64,000 nucleotides of DNA, from assembly GCF_036321535.1 (NCBI RefSeq), contig NC_087437.1:65660001-65724000 (forward strand). Reading direction: 5' to 3'. Origin of the DNA: Camelus dromedarius (lineage: Eukaryota). The notes beneath the pieces were generated by a model that worked only from the letters and a program-made list of their open reading frames with translations, was not told the origin of the DNA and did no database searches. Shown here one piece after another: positions 26,100 through 39,564 of the stretch (position 1 is its first letter; each line of letters opens with the position of its first letter). Made by a program: the position numbers and the translations under genes.

Positions 26100-26355
26100 A
26101 TCATCATAACAAGTAACATTCATGTAGCATTTAAAAGTATACAAAAAGATCTTATATACAAAAGATCTTATATACAAAAAGATCTGAACCTAGCAAAAAC
26201 CCTGGAAGAAACTGAGGAAAAGGAGTATTATATTCATGGAGAAAACTGAGTAGCAGAGTGACTTTTCCAAGTTCATTGAGCTATTAAGTGTCAGAACACT
26301 GACCTCAAACCCAGGTTTTCTGATTCCAAACATTTAGTCTTTCTTATTATGCTCT
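26100..26355 (-). mobile_element. MIR SINE with internal tandem triplication
   Basis: gagaaaactgag...tgacttttccaag...ctcaaacccaggttttctgattcc; the unit atacaaaa(a)gatcttat repeats about 3 times at 26139-26185. Confidence 0.65.
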
Positions 26356-26659
26356 GGGTCAACTCAGTGGTTGAGTTTGCCCAATTTCTAATACTGAGAG
26401 ATATTTGATGAGGGGATTCTGAGATTCCAACTCTCAAAAAATAAAGAATTAATCAAACATCTCTAATCCTCATGATAGGTTAATAGACATCTATGATCAT
26501 GACTTAATCAAACTCTTTTCTACACAATTATCTACCAGTGACTTACCTTCCCTAATCCCACAATTTCAGTTCACCTACTTGTTTGGACCAAAAGTTTGGC
26601 CATGCCCCAGAGCTGATGACCAATCTTGTTCTTAATCATGGGTAATTTAAAAAATCTTA

Positions 26660-26745
26660 TATGTGAGAATAACATCTCAGCATTCTAGTGTTACCTATGT
26701 CCCAACTAATATGGTACCTATGTTCCTGTAACTATAAGACTTGGG
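26660..26745 (-). mobile_element. Gypsy-type RNase H C-terminal fragment
   Basis: Minus strand reads VL*LQEHRYHI (LQEHRYHI = 26731-26708), then G and a frameshifted NAEML. This fits the Gypsy motif WSLxLQEYDFxIxHxxGxxNxNADALS. Confidence 0.5.
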
Positions 26746-26849
26746 TTTTTTAAAATAAATTATTTATTTTTATTTTTTAATTTTATATGCCAGCAACATA
26801 CTTATATTATCTGTAGTTTTTTTTTTTTTTTTTTTGGTCATTTGATCCT

Positions 26850-27100
26850 CATGGGTTTTCCAATCATACAATGATATCATCTGTAAATAGTCATAATTTT
26901 ACTTTTTCTTTCCTGATTTTATACCCCTAGATTTTTTTCTCACATACATTTGAAATGAGTAGTAACTCCAGTGAAATGTTAACTAGTAGTGGTGACAGTG
27001 GGCAACCTTGCCACGTTCCTGACTAGCAGGGGTCCTCAGTGAATCCTCATTAAGATGCTGGTGGTATGATGAGAAGCATCACTAGGAGGTACATACCTGC
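26850..27100 (-). mobile_element. Old L1 ORF2 fragment
   Basis: atatcatctgtaaatag...agtggtgacagtgggcaaccttgcc...ttcctgac. Confidence 0.65.
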
Positions 27101-27139
27101 TCCTTCTCCCTGAGGGAGAGGGAGTGTGTGTGTTTTCCA

Positions 27140-30100
27140 GTTTTTGAGATATTATTGCCATGTAATATGTTTAAAGTGCACAACATGATGATTTGCTACA
27201 CAAATACGTTTTGAAATGCTTACCACGATAAGGTTAGTTAAAACATCTATCCTCTCACATTATTACAATTGTTTTTGTGTGTGGTGAGATCATTTAATAC
27301 CTACTCTTTTAACAACTTTAAAGTATATAATATAGTGTTGTAAATTACAGCCACAATGCCATACATTATATCCTTAGAACTTACTTATCTCATAGCTGGA
27401 AGTTTGTACCCTTTGACTAACATCTCCCCTAACCCCCAGCCCATGACAAACATCATTCTACTTTCCATTTCTATGAGTTCGGCATTTTTAGGTTCCACAT
27501 ATAAGTGAAATGTACAATATTTGTCTTTCTCTGACATTTCACTTAGCATAATACTCTTAAGGTGCTTCCATGTTGTCACAAATGGCAAGATTTCCTTCTT
27601 TCTCGTGGCTGAATAATATTCTGTCATATTGATATGCTACAACTTCTTTATCTATAGATCCATCAATGTACACTTAGGTTGCTTCTATACCTTGGCTATT
27701 GTAAATAATCCTGCAATGAACATGAGGGTGCAGATATCTCTTTAAGACAGTGATTATAATTTCTTCAGAAATACCCAATACCCAATAGTGGCATTGCTGA
27801 ATTACATGGTAGTTCTACTTTTAATCTTTTGAGAAGCCTCCATATTGTTGTCCAATTTACATTCCCACCAATAGTGCATAACATTTCCTTTTCTCCATAT
27901 CTTTGCCAACAATTGTTGTCTCTTCTCTTCTTGATGATACTTATTCTAAAAGGTGTGAGGTAATATCTCATTGTGGTTCTGATTTGCATTTTCTTGATGA
28001 TTAGTGAGGTTGAACATCTTTTCATGTACCTGTTGGCTCTTTGCATGTCTTCTTTAGAAAAATGTCTATTCAAATCCCCTGCTTTTCTTGCCCTTGCCTG
28101 AGGAGACATTTGTGAAAAAACTATTGCTAAGACCAGTTTCAAAGAGTGTACTTTCTATGTTTTCTTCTAGAAGTTTTATGGTTTCTGGTCTTACATTTAA
28201 GTATTTAATCCATTTTGAGTTTATTTTTGTATATGGTGTGAGAAAGTAGTCCAGTTTGAGACTTCTGCATGTAGCTGTCCAGTTTTCCCAATACCGTTTT
28301 TTGGAGAGGCTGTCTTTTCCCCCATTGTATATCCTTGCCTTCTTCATTACAGATTAATTAACTATATAAGTGTGGATTTCTTGGCTCTTTATTTTCTTTC
28401 ATTGAGCAATTACCACACTGGTTTGTGCCAGTACCATACTGTTTTGATTACTGTAAATATGGAGTATAGTTTGAAATCAGGGAGCATGATACCTTCAGCT
28501 TTGTTGTTTATTCTCAAGAATGTTTTGGCTCTTCAAGGTACTTTGAGTTTCTAAACAAACTTTGTAATTCTTCGTTCTAGTTCTCTGAAAAATGCCATTG
28601 GTATTTTGATAGAAATTGCACTGAATCTATAGATACACTTGGGTAGTATAGACATGTTAACAATATTAATTCTTCCAATCCATAAGCATGGTATATCTTC
28701 ACATTTATTTGTGTTGTCTTCAGTTTCTTTCATCAATGTCTTTTAGTTTCCCAAATACAAGTCTTTCACCTCATTGGTTAGATCCGTTCCTAGGTATTTT
28801 ATTCTTTTTGAGGCTATTGTAAATGGGATTGTTTTCTTAATTTCTCTTCTGACAGTTTGTTATTAGTGTATAGAAATGCAGATTTCTGTATATTACTTTC
28901 ATATACTGCAACTTTAATGAATTTATTTATTAGTTCTAATAGTTTTTTTTGGTGGAGACTTTAGGGTTTTCTATATATAGTAGCACCTCATTTGCATATA
29001 TTGACATTTTTACTTCTTCCTTTCCAATTTGAATTCCTTTTATTTCTTTTTCTTGTCTGATTGCTTGGATAGGACTCCCAATACTATATTGAATAAAAGT
29101 GGTGAGAGTGGGCATCCATGTCCTCTTGCTGATCTTAGAGGAAATGCTTTTAGCTTCTCACCATTGAATGTGATGTTAGCTATAGATTTGTCATAAATGA
29201 CCTTATTATATTGAAGTATGTTCCCTCTACCACTTGGTTGAGAGTTTTTACCAAAAAAGGATGTTGAATTTTGTCAAAAGATTTTTCTGCATCTATTGAG
29301 ATAACCACATGATTTTTTCCCCCTTCTTTTTGTTAACATGGTGTATTACATTGATTTGTTTGCAGATATTGAACCATCCATTCATCCATGGGATAAATCC
29401 CATTTGATCATGATATATGATCCTTTTTATATATTGTTGAATTCAGTTTACTAATATTTTATTGAGGGTTTTTGCATCTATGTCCATCAGAGATGATCTG
29501 TAATTTTATTTTTTTGTGGTTTCTTTGATTTTGGTGTCAGGGTAATTCTGGCCTCATAGAATGAATTTGGAAGCATTCCTCCAACTGTAATTTTTCAGAA
29601 TACTTTAAGAAAATAGGTGTTAACTCTTCATTAAATGTTTGGTAGAATTTACTTATGAAGTCATCTGATCCTGGACTTTTGTCTGTTGGGGTTTTTTTTT
29701 AAATTATTGATTCAATTTCATTACTGGTAGTCTTTTCATATTTTCTGGTTCTTTCAGTTTGGAGGAATTTAGCCATTTCTTTTATGTTTCCAGGAATTTA
29801 TCCATTTCTTCTAGGTTCATTTTATTGGCATATAATTTTTTGTAGTAATCTTTTATAATCCTTCGTATTTCTGCGGTGACAACTGTAATTTCTCCTTTTT
29901 TGCTACTGATTTTATTTATTTGGGCTCTCTAATATTTTTCTTGATGAGTTTGGCTAAATATTTACCAATTTTGTTTATCTTTTCAAAGAACCAGGTCTTA
30001 GTTTCATCAATCTTTTCTATGGTTATTCTTAGTCTCTATTTCATTTATTTCTTCTCTGATCTTCATTTTTTCTTTCCTTCTACTCACTTTGGGTTGTCCT

Positions 30101-33100
30101 TTTTCTAGTTTCTTTATATTGTTTATTTGATATTTTTCCTGTTTTCTGAGGTAGGCTTGTGTCATTATAAACTTCACTCTTAAAACTGCTTTTGCTGTGT
30201 GCCATAGATTTTCGATTACTGTGTTTCCATTTTCATTTGTCTATAGGTATTTTTAAATTTCTTCTTTGATTTCTTCATTTTGCTACTCCAGTTTTTTATT
30301 TGTTTGTTTTCATTTGTATGGAATACCTTTTCAATCCCCTCACTTTCAGTCTATGTATATCTTTAAATCTGAAGTGAGTCTCTTGTAGGAAGTATATATA
30401 TGGTTCTTTTTTTTTTTTTAATCCATTCAGCACTCTATGTCTTTTTATTGGAGCATTTACTCTATTTACATTTAAATTAATGTACTTGGTATGTACATTA
30501 TTGCCATTTTGTACCTATTACCATTTTGTTCATTTTTTTTCTGGTATTTTAAAGTTCTTTTTGATCTTTTCTCCTTTTGCACTATTCTTTGGTGATTTGA
30601 TGACAAACTTAAATGTTATGTTTGGATTCTTTTCTCTTTTTTGTGTGTATCTATTATAGGTTTTGGTTTGTGGTTACCATATATAACTATATATAACTAC
30701 ATATATCATTTAATCTACTGAAGATTCCTTCTAGTATCCTTATACTTCAGTTATTTTATTCTTCAGTTCTGATTAGGTCTTCTTTACATTTTATCTTTGT
30801 CAAAATTCTAAGTGTTCATTCATTCTTATTCTGAATTTATCAAGCATCATTATGATCATTACCTTGAGCTTTCTCAGGGAGATTGTGTATCTCTACTTTG
30901 TTAGTTCTTTTTCTAAGGTTTTATCCTGTTCCCTCATTAAGAAGATATTTCTCTGTTTCCTCATTTTGTCTAATTTTCTGTGTTTATTTCTATGTATTAG
31001 GCAGGTCAGTTACATTTTAAAGTCATAGAGAAGTGGTCTTATGTAAGAGACATCCTTAGTTCCCAGCAGCAAACCCTGCTGTGGTCACCAGAACTATATG
31101 CTCTGAGAGTGCCTAGTATGTGGGCTACCTGGACACTTCTGTTGTGATAAGGTCAACTACTGTGGGCACACTGGTATGCAGGATGAGGCCCTGGACTGAT
31201 TGGCTACTGGGCCCTGCTTCATGTGGTGGCTGCTGGTCCACTAGTAGGTAGAGCTATGTCCTGGCATGTCTGGCTGTGCAGTCTGGGGGTCCTGGAGCTG
31301 ATGTTGGCTCTCAGTTGGGAGGGGTTAGGTGCTGGCACAACTGACTTTGTGGCCCAGGAGATCCTGAAGCTGGCGCAAGCTTGCTGGTGGGTGGGTAATC
31401 CCCCAATGCTAATAGATTAAAGGAAGGATTCCAAAATGGTGCTTGCCAAGTGTGCATAGAAGTTTCTCCAGGATAGACCACATGCTAGGCCACAAAACAA
31501 GTTGTAACAAATTTAAGAGGATATAAATTATATCAAGCATTTTTTTCTAACCACAATGGTATAACACTAGAAATCAATTACAGAAAGAAAAATGGGAAAA
31601 ACCCAAACACATGAAGTCTAAACAACATGCTACTAAAAACCAATGGGTCAATAAGTAAATCAAAGAGGAAATCAGAAAATACCTTGAAACAAGTGAAAAT
31701 GGAAACACAACCTCCAAAAATCTGTAAAATGCAACAAAAGCACTGCTAGTTGAGAAATTTATAGCAATACATGCCTAAATCAAGATACAAGAAAAACTGT
31801 GAATAAACAACCTCACTTATCATCTAAAGGAATTAGAAAAAGAAGAACAAAACCCAAATTAGCAGGCAAAAATAATGAAGACCAGAGAGGAAATAAATAA
31901 AATAGATAACAAAAAATTGAAAAGATTAATGAAACCAAGAGCTGTTTTTTTTTTGAAAAGATAAACAAAAATAATAAGCCTTTAGCCAGACTCAACAAGG
32001 AAAAAAGAGAGAAGACCCAAATAAGCAAAATAATAAGTGAAAGAAGAGAAATTACAACAGATATCACAGTGACACAAGAAAAGCATAAGAAAACACACTG
32101 AACAGGTATATACTAACAAACTGGACAACATAGAAGAAATGAATAACTTCCTAGAAACATACACTCTTCCAGAAATGAATCAGAAAGAAATAGATAGTCT
32201 GAACAGACTGATCACTATTAGTGAAATTGACTCAGTAATCAAAAAACTTCCAACAAACAAAATTTCTAAGACTGAAAAACTTTACATGGGGATTCTAACA
32301 AATGTATAAGAAGAGCTAACACCCACTTCTTCAAACTATTCTGAAAAACTGCAGAGGAAGTATGCTCCCAAATTCATTTTAGGAGGCCACAATTAACCTT
32401 GATATCAAAACTAGACAAAGACAGTACAGAAAATTATAGGTCAATATCTCTGATAAATATAGATGCAAAAATCCTCAACAAAATATTAGCAAACCATATT
32501 CAACAATATATAAAAAGGATTATACACCATGATCAAGTAAGGTTTATTCCAGGGATGAAAGGATGGTTCAATATCCACAAAACAATCATGTGATACACCA
32601 GTTTAAAAAAAAGATTAAAAATCAATAATCATCTCAACAGATGCAGAAAAAGCATTTGACAAAATTCAATGTTCATTCAAGATAAAAACTCTCATCAAAG
32701 TTGGTATAGAGGGAACATATCTCAATATAATAACGTCAATTTATGACAAACACACTGTTAACATATCATATTCAATGGTGAAAGCTGAAAATTTTTTCTC
32801 TAATATCAGGAACGAGACAAAGATGTCCACTTTTATCAATTTTATTCAACAGAGTATTGAAAGTCCTATGCATAACAATCAGACAAAAAAGGAATTAAAG
32901 GAATTCAAATTGGAAAGAAAGAAGTAAAACTCTCACTGTTTGCACATGACATGATACTATATATAGAAAACCTTAAAGTCTCCATCAAAAAATTATTAGA
33001 ACTAATAAATGACTTCAATAGCCTTGTAGGATATAAGATTAAAATACAGAAATCTGTTGCTTTTCTATATACTAATCATAAACTATCAGAAAGAGAAAGC

Positions 33101-35564
33101 AAAAATACAATCCCATTTAAAATCGAAACAGAAAGAATATAATGCCTAAGAATAAATTTAACCAAGGAGGTGAAAGACCTATACTCTGAAAACCATGAAA
33201 CACTGATGAAGAAACTTGAAGATGAAACCAAGAAATGGAAAAATATCCTGTGTTCATGAATTGGGAGAATTAGTATTGTTAATATGTCCATATGATTCAA
33301 GGCAATCTACAGATTAAATTTAGTCTCTATTAAATTACTGATGATGACATTTTTCACAGAACTAGAATGAATAAGTCTAAAATTTATATGGGACTATGAA
33401 GGACCCCAGATAGCCAAAGCAATCCTGAAAAAAAAGAACAAAGATGGTATCATGCTCCTTGACTTTGGACTATATTACAAAGCTACAGTAATCAAAACAG
33501 TATGGTACTGGCACAAAAACAGATGCATAGCTCAATGGAACAGAATAGAGAGCCCCAAATAAATCCACACACATATGGTCAATTCATCTATGGCAAAGAA
33601 GGCAAAAATAAACAATTGGAAAAGACAGTCTCTTCAATAAACAGTGCTGGGAAAACTAAACAGCTATATAGAAAAGAATGAAATTAGAACATTTTCTCAC
33701 ATCATATTCAAAAATAAATTCAAAATAGATTAAAGACCTATATATAAGTCCTGAAACCATAAAACTCCTAGAAGACAACATAGGTAAAACATTTTTGGAC
33801 ATAAATTGTAGCAATGTATATTTTTTTGGATCTCTCTCTCAAGGCAAAGGAATCAAAAGCAAAAATAAACAAATGGTAACTATTAAAGTTAAAAGTTTTT
33901 GCACAGCAAAGGAAGCCATCAATAAAACAGAAAGACAAACTACTAGATAGGAGAAAATATCTGGAAATAATATGACAAGGGGTTAATATTCAAAATATAT
34001 AAATTGATCTTACAATTCAATATCAAAAAAATAAACAACCTGATTCTAAAAGAGGCAGAAGACCTGAAAGACATTTCTCCAAAGAAGACATACAGATGGC
34101 CAACAGGCATATGAAAAGATGCTCAACATTGCTAATCATCAGTGAAATACAAATCAAAACAAAAATGTGATATCACCTCACACCTATCAGAATGGCTACC
34201 ATTGAAAAGATCACAAATAACAGAAGTTATAAAGATGTGAAGGAAAGTGAACCCTAGTGCACTGTTGGGAATGTAAACTAGTGCAGCCCTTATGGAAAAC
34301 ACTATGGTGGTGCCTCAAAAAACTGAAAATAGAACTACCATATGTTCCAGCAATTCCACTCCTGGGTATATATCTAAAGAAAATGAAGACACTAATTTGA
34401 AAAGTTATGTGCACCCCAATAGCCAGGATATGGAAGCAACCCAAATGTCCATCAACAGATGAATGGATAAAGAAGATTTGGTATACATGTACATTGAAAT
34501 ACTACTCAGCCATAAAAATGAATGAAATTTTGCCATTTGTAACAACATGATGGACTTGGAGGGTATTATACTTAGTTAAGTAAGTGAGACAGAGAAAGAT
34601 AAATACTATAAGTTGTCAAATCTAAAAAATAAAACAAACAAATTAATATAACAAAACAGATTCACAGATAAAGAGAAAAAACTGGTGGTTACCAGTGGGA
34701 AGAGGAAAGGGAGAGGGGCAGGATAGGAGTACGGGTTTAAGAGGTTCAAACTACTATGTATAAAATAAATAAGACACAAGTGTTTTGTACAGCACAGGGA
34801 ATATAAATAATATTTTATAAATCTAAGTGGAGTATAATCTATAAAAATATTGAATCACTATATTGTGTACCTGAGACTAATATAATATTGTAAATTAACT
34901 ATTTTAATAATTAATTATGTAAATAAATTAATGAATTAAAAGTCTTTTTTTTTAATGGTGCTTGTCAACACCAGTGTCCTGGTAAAATGAGCTCCCTAAA
35001 ATGGCTGCTACCAACATCTATGTCCCCACGTGGATCTCAGTTGCCTTTTGCCTCTCCAGGAGGCTCTTCAAAATCAGCAAGTAGGTCTGATCCAGTCTCC
35101 TTTCAGTTTACTACCTCTGTGCTGGTATTCAGAGCATGTGAGATTTGTGTACACCCTTTAAGAGTGAAGCATCTGTTTCAAACAGCTCTTTTGTCCTCCC
35201 GTGCACAAGCCCCACTGTCCTTCAAAGCCAGATGTTCTGGAGCTTGTCTTCTCAATGCAAGACCCCTGGGCTGGGGAACAAGATGAGGGGCTCAGAACAT
35301 TCACTTCTTGGGAAGAACCTCTGCTTGTGATTATCCTCCCATTCATGAGTCATCTGCCTAGAGGTGTGGTTTTTACTATACCACCCTCCTACCCATCTTA
35401 TTGTGGTTCCTTCCTTGTATCTTTAATTGTGAAAAAATTTTCTGCTAGTCTTCAGGTCATTCTCATAGATGGTTGTTCTATAAATAGTTGAAATTTTGGT
35501 GTGCTACTGGGAGAAGGTGAAGTCAGGATCTTCTTGTTCTACCGTCTTGGCCACACTCCCCTCC
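27140..35564 (-). mobile_element. L1 (L1MA-like) with both 3' and 5' ends, internally deleted, split in its 5' UTR by a second L1
   Basis: 3' UTR from 27140. ORF2 remnants in the ORF track (27385-28736, e.g. [12 protein letters not shown]). GC-richer 5' UTR at ~31020-31449 and 34954-35564, ending in a YY1-like start (reverse strand GGCCAAGACGG). Confidence 0.9.
31450..34953 (+). mobile_element. 5'-truncated L1 (ORF2 from the end of the EN domain, RT, 3' UTR; cetartiodactyl-type)
   Basis: Starts at an FSRIDHMLGHK-coding tract; RT motifs [22 protein letters not shown] and FAHDMILY; 3' UTR gtacagcacaggga. TSD aatggtgcttg(c/t)caa at 31435-31449 and 34954-34968. Confidence 0.95.
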
Positions 35565-35699
35565 CTTACTCTCAGCTGCCAATAATAACATCTATTACTT
35601 GAAGGAGATCCATGAATGTGAATCTTAGGCTTTCTATTCACTAGTGTGCAATCTTTCTCTCTCTCTCTCCCTCTCAAAAAATTCATTCACTCTGCCATT

Positions 35700-36325
35700 C
35701 CAGAATCATTTCTATATACCACTCTTAGGCTCAGCATACCCTAATTAAGTGACAGCCTAATGATCACTTAACACACATAAACAAATCTTGGACAAAGATA
35801 GAGGTTTGGTTTGTTCAAGTACAAGTTGCTTTATATTAATGCTATAGAAAACACAAGTTTCTTTCTCTGGGAAACATTTTTCTCATAAGTAGATGACTAT
35901 CACCTTGTGGTCTTGTAACAAAGTGCTCCAACCATTATCAGACTTGTCAACTGCCACTTTGAACAGGTTTGAAATGCCCGGAGCTCTAAAAACTGATAAG
36001 AAAAATCAGAGCCTGTTTCAGCTTTTCAAAAGCTTCTTGATGCTCCAGGTGACAGATATCCTTATCATCGTTTTCTCTTCTAAGTAAAATAAAAAAGCAG
36101 ACCAGTTACAGTGGCAAAGTGAGGCACTTTGTATTAAAGTTCTTGTTTCCAACATGCTGATTTGGTCTTTTGTTTGTTTGCACATATGTGAGAATTTCCC
36201 AGTTTTTCATAGTTTCCTCTCTGTGCTATAAAGGAATTAAATGAACTTTCCAAATTTAATTCTACATGTTTAACCTCTGAAAACTCAAATGTGAATTTTC
36301 TAAGCTTCAATATAAACCCAATTAC
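35700..36325 (-). mobile_element. Gypsy-type pol relic: RT C-terminus and RNase H
   Basis: Minus-strand motifs VPHFATVTG, EHQEAFEKLKQAL (36045-36007), FRAPGISNLFKVAVDKSD (FKVAVD 35963-35946), TLLQ and SDH (35768-35760), with stops and frameshifts. Confidence 0.75.
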
Positions 36326-36327
36326 TT

Positions 36328-37368
36328 AAACATTCAACAGAAATTTTTGGTTGTTCATGCATTGTATACAAATATTGTAATAAGAGCTGAAGCTATAATA
36401 GTGAATAAAATAATGGGCCTGCCCTTACTCTTACTGAGCTTGCAGTAGAGTAGTGAGGACAGATATTGTCAGTTAAAGAAGGTTTCCTAGGGAAATTTAA
36501 AACCTTGTGTTGCTAAGGAAAGTAATACCTGCTGCTGAAACACACAAACCCCAATTTCTTAGCAACTTAATATACTAGTGATTACACTTGCTCATGTTAC
36601 AGTCAAATGAAAGTCCAGGCACCTTCATCTTAGGCCTCTGTCCTCCTCAAAGTTGTCTGAATTCTTTCCAGTCAGATGGTGGATGGAGAAATAGAACAAG
36701 GTTTGCTTGTGGTAGGCCTTTGTGGATCAGGCCTGACAGTGACATATCACTCCTACCACACTTACATAGTCACACCTAACTGCGAGGGAGGCTAGGACTG
36801 TAGTGTAGCCATGTGCCAAGGATGAAGAGGGAAAGGTGGATACTGGTGAGCACAAGTAGTGTCTATCACACCTGAAGGACCAGCAGCACTAGCCATGAAA
36901 GTTGAAGGGGAGAAGTGGGAGAGATGTAATGAAGAGTGTTGCAGGCCAAGAGAACATAAAATAGAAAACCCAGAGATGAGAGCGCATGGCAGGTAGGAGC
37001 TCAAAGATGTCCACTGGGGCTGGAATATGGAATTCAAACTGGCAAAGTGAATGATAGGCAGGTCGTTTTAAGAATTATGGGCTTTATCCCCCAAAATGTG
37101 GGGCTCCATTAAAGGTGTTAACCAGGGAAGTGAAAAGTCCCAATTAGATATTTAGAAAAACCATAATTCCTGTAGTATGAAAAAGAATTGGAAGAAATGA
37201 GAGAGAGCAAGGCTGGAAGACAATTAAAAAGCTGTTTCAATAATCCAGGAGATGGACCCTAAACTAGGACAATGTGACTAAAAGGCCTGGAAAACAATGT
37301 GAATTGATTTGGGAGATATTTAGGAGGCAGAATTGAAATAATATGCTTTCTAATCAGATGTGGGTTGC
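36328..37368 (-). mobile_element. L2 fragment with a nested MaLR LTR (~36505-36870)
   Basis: L2 tail cattcaacagaaatttttg at 36330 and L2 body to ~37368. MLT1-like ctgctgaaacacacaaaccccaatttcttagcaacttaa...cacacctaactgc. Confidence 0.7.
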
Positions 37369-38030
37369 ATGTAGCATCAACCTGCAATGTTTCAGATGTT
37401 TTTCTGTATTTTATCTATGTATACTTATCTATTCATCTAGGTAAGCTAGAGTAAACACTCCTACTTCACGTAACAACCATTTATCAACCCTGGAATTAGG
37501 TTAGGGTGTTCCCAACTCAAAGAGCAAGATATCACACCAATATATTCTATTTAGAATTATAAATGCAGTTGAGGACTTTACTTCTTATACAAGGCCACTT
37601 GCCTGAAATCATTAAATAAATCAATAACTGAGATATTAGGAAGTTTCCAGTTGACTCTGGGCATCTGATATCTCATTTTTCTCATTTTACAGACTACTAA
37701 AAATTACAGGATTGCTCAAGTTGAAAGAATTTTCTGCTTTATCACGAATCAGGTTATATTGTGGTTTGGAGTGAACGTTTAATTTTGTCACTGGCTGAAG
37801 TCAGAGATATCTTAGTCAGACAAAAAGCAGGAGATGCCAGTAGCCTTACTGTGCAAAGGCCTTTCCAACATACTTCAGGACATCTTTGTTTAGCAGAATC
37901 TTAGCCTGTGTTCAGGAACTACCACCTGAAGACATTCTGTCTTTATAATATCAAATCATAAGGATGCTGCTTGCCAGGACTCACACTGCTGTCCACCTGC
38001 CCAGGCCTGACCACTTTAAGAATTGAGAAT
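37369..38030 (-). mobile_element. Gypsy-type pol relic: RT core
   Basis: Minus-strand motifs in the expected order: PGKQHPY (KQHPY 37972-37958), ASP (37837-37829), VIDLFNDFRQV (37628-37596), TAF (37569-37561), LLFEL, AYLDE (37446-37432; the YxDD site), EKHLKH. Confidence 0.75.
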
Positions 38031-39564
38031 AGTGTGCAGAAGGTCTTGGCTGACAATGTGGAAATGAGGCCTTGCTCACAAGTTCATCTTTGAAAGTAAA
38101 AGACTTGCTGGATTCTGAAGCCCCCTTGTGTGTCCCCTACTCTGCTCCTGATCAATGATCCTGAGTGATGTCATGCTGTTCCTGACTCTGTTTCTTCAGT
38201 TCTCTCTCCTCTAGACACACCCCACATCTTCCTACCTCCTCATAAATCCCACTCACTTCCTTGTTCTTCACAAGTGTTCTGATGTCATACTTTGACCTTC
38301 GACCTGTTTGCACATGGCATCTGGCTTCACCCCAGGTGGAAAGTATATATTTTCTCTAAGTACTCCACTTCCATCCAGGAGCTTCCCCCAATCTTTTGGG
38401 GAGCCTCTTCCTTCCAGCTGCTTTTCTGGCTTCACTCCAGTCATCACAGTTGCTCTCTAAAACTGGAATTACCCATTGAAGCCCATCTGTTCCTCCAAGA
38501 GTGATACAATTTGCTTTCCAGTTCTGTAAAATGTGATCATAGAGCTGGCTCCATATTTCTTTTTTAATTTTGAGATCTAAGAAATTTGTAGCATCCAGAA
38601 TTAACTAATAACAATTATTCCTGCTTCTTAATACATTAAACTCTATTATTTATTTTCTTTGGGACTTAAAATTAAAGATACTTTTTGAATCTCAAATATG
38701 TTTTAAGTTGATTTACCCATCATTTAGTTGGCAAATACCTAACAAAACTGCACTCTTTGATTCAGAGGCAATGATTACTAAATTCCATGGTTTTAAAATA
38801 TTCTCGAGTTTGTAGCTCTGTAGTTAAACTCAGAAAATACTGCCTTAGGTGATTTGCCCCTGTTTTTCTTAGTACATTAAGATTATCAATATAGCTATTT
38901 TGGAGGGGTTTTTTAAACTCTCAAAGGAAATTACTACTTCACCCTCAAGTTTTACTACAAGGTTTTAGTATCACTTTAGCATTCTTTGCTTTTTGTGCCC
39001 TTTCTTCTTTTTTAAGCAGGAGACATTTTTTTAAAATAGTTTTAAAATAAACTACTTTTTGTTATGAGTGTTTTTAGATGTTTTATAATTTCCATATTTC
39101 TAAAGATCTTTTGGTGGCTTTCACTTCGTGATAATGTGATGACATGATGAAGCAAATTTAGGTCATGAGATGTAGAATCCTTTGAAGGAGAAAGAATTCA
39201 TGCATGTGATCTCCCAAACAGCTTTCAAGTTACTTACATTATTATTCAACAGAGAGAATTTCTTTCTATTCTCTGTCTACTGAAGGACAACACATATTTC
39301 ACAATTAACTCAAGGTACAGGTGTCATCTTCTATTTCAGTGTATCTTCTCTCACCAAAAAATAATTGGATTCATTTGTACAGTTTTCTGATTCTACCTGA
39401 ATATTCATCCATTCATCATTAAGTACTATAATATGCAATGCCTCACTGATTATTCCTTTCAAGATCCTAATATCTGTTTATATTCTGACTCCAAAATGAG
39501 CCTTGATTAAACATAATATGAGGTAGAAAAATGAAACATTGCTCTAAAGAATTTAAAATGCCAT

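Noticed and set aside
27385..34444. L1-derived ORFs as functional genes or an active L1
   Set aside because: Broken by many stops, frameshifts and deletions; ORF1 largely missing.
35893..36087. Plus-strand 64-aa ORF
   Set aside because: It is the antisense of the Gypsy RT/RNase H relic.
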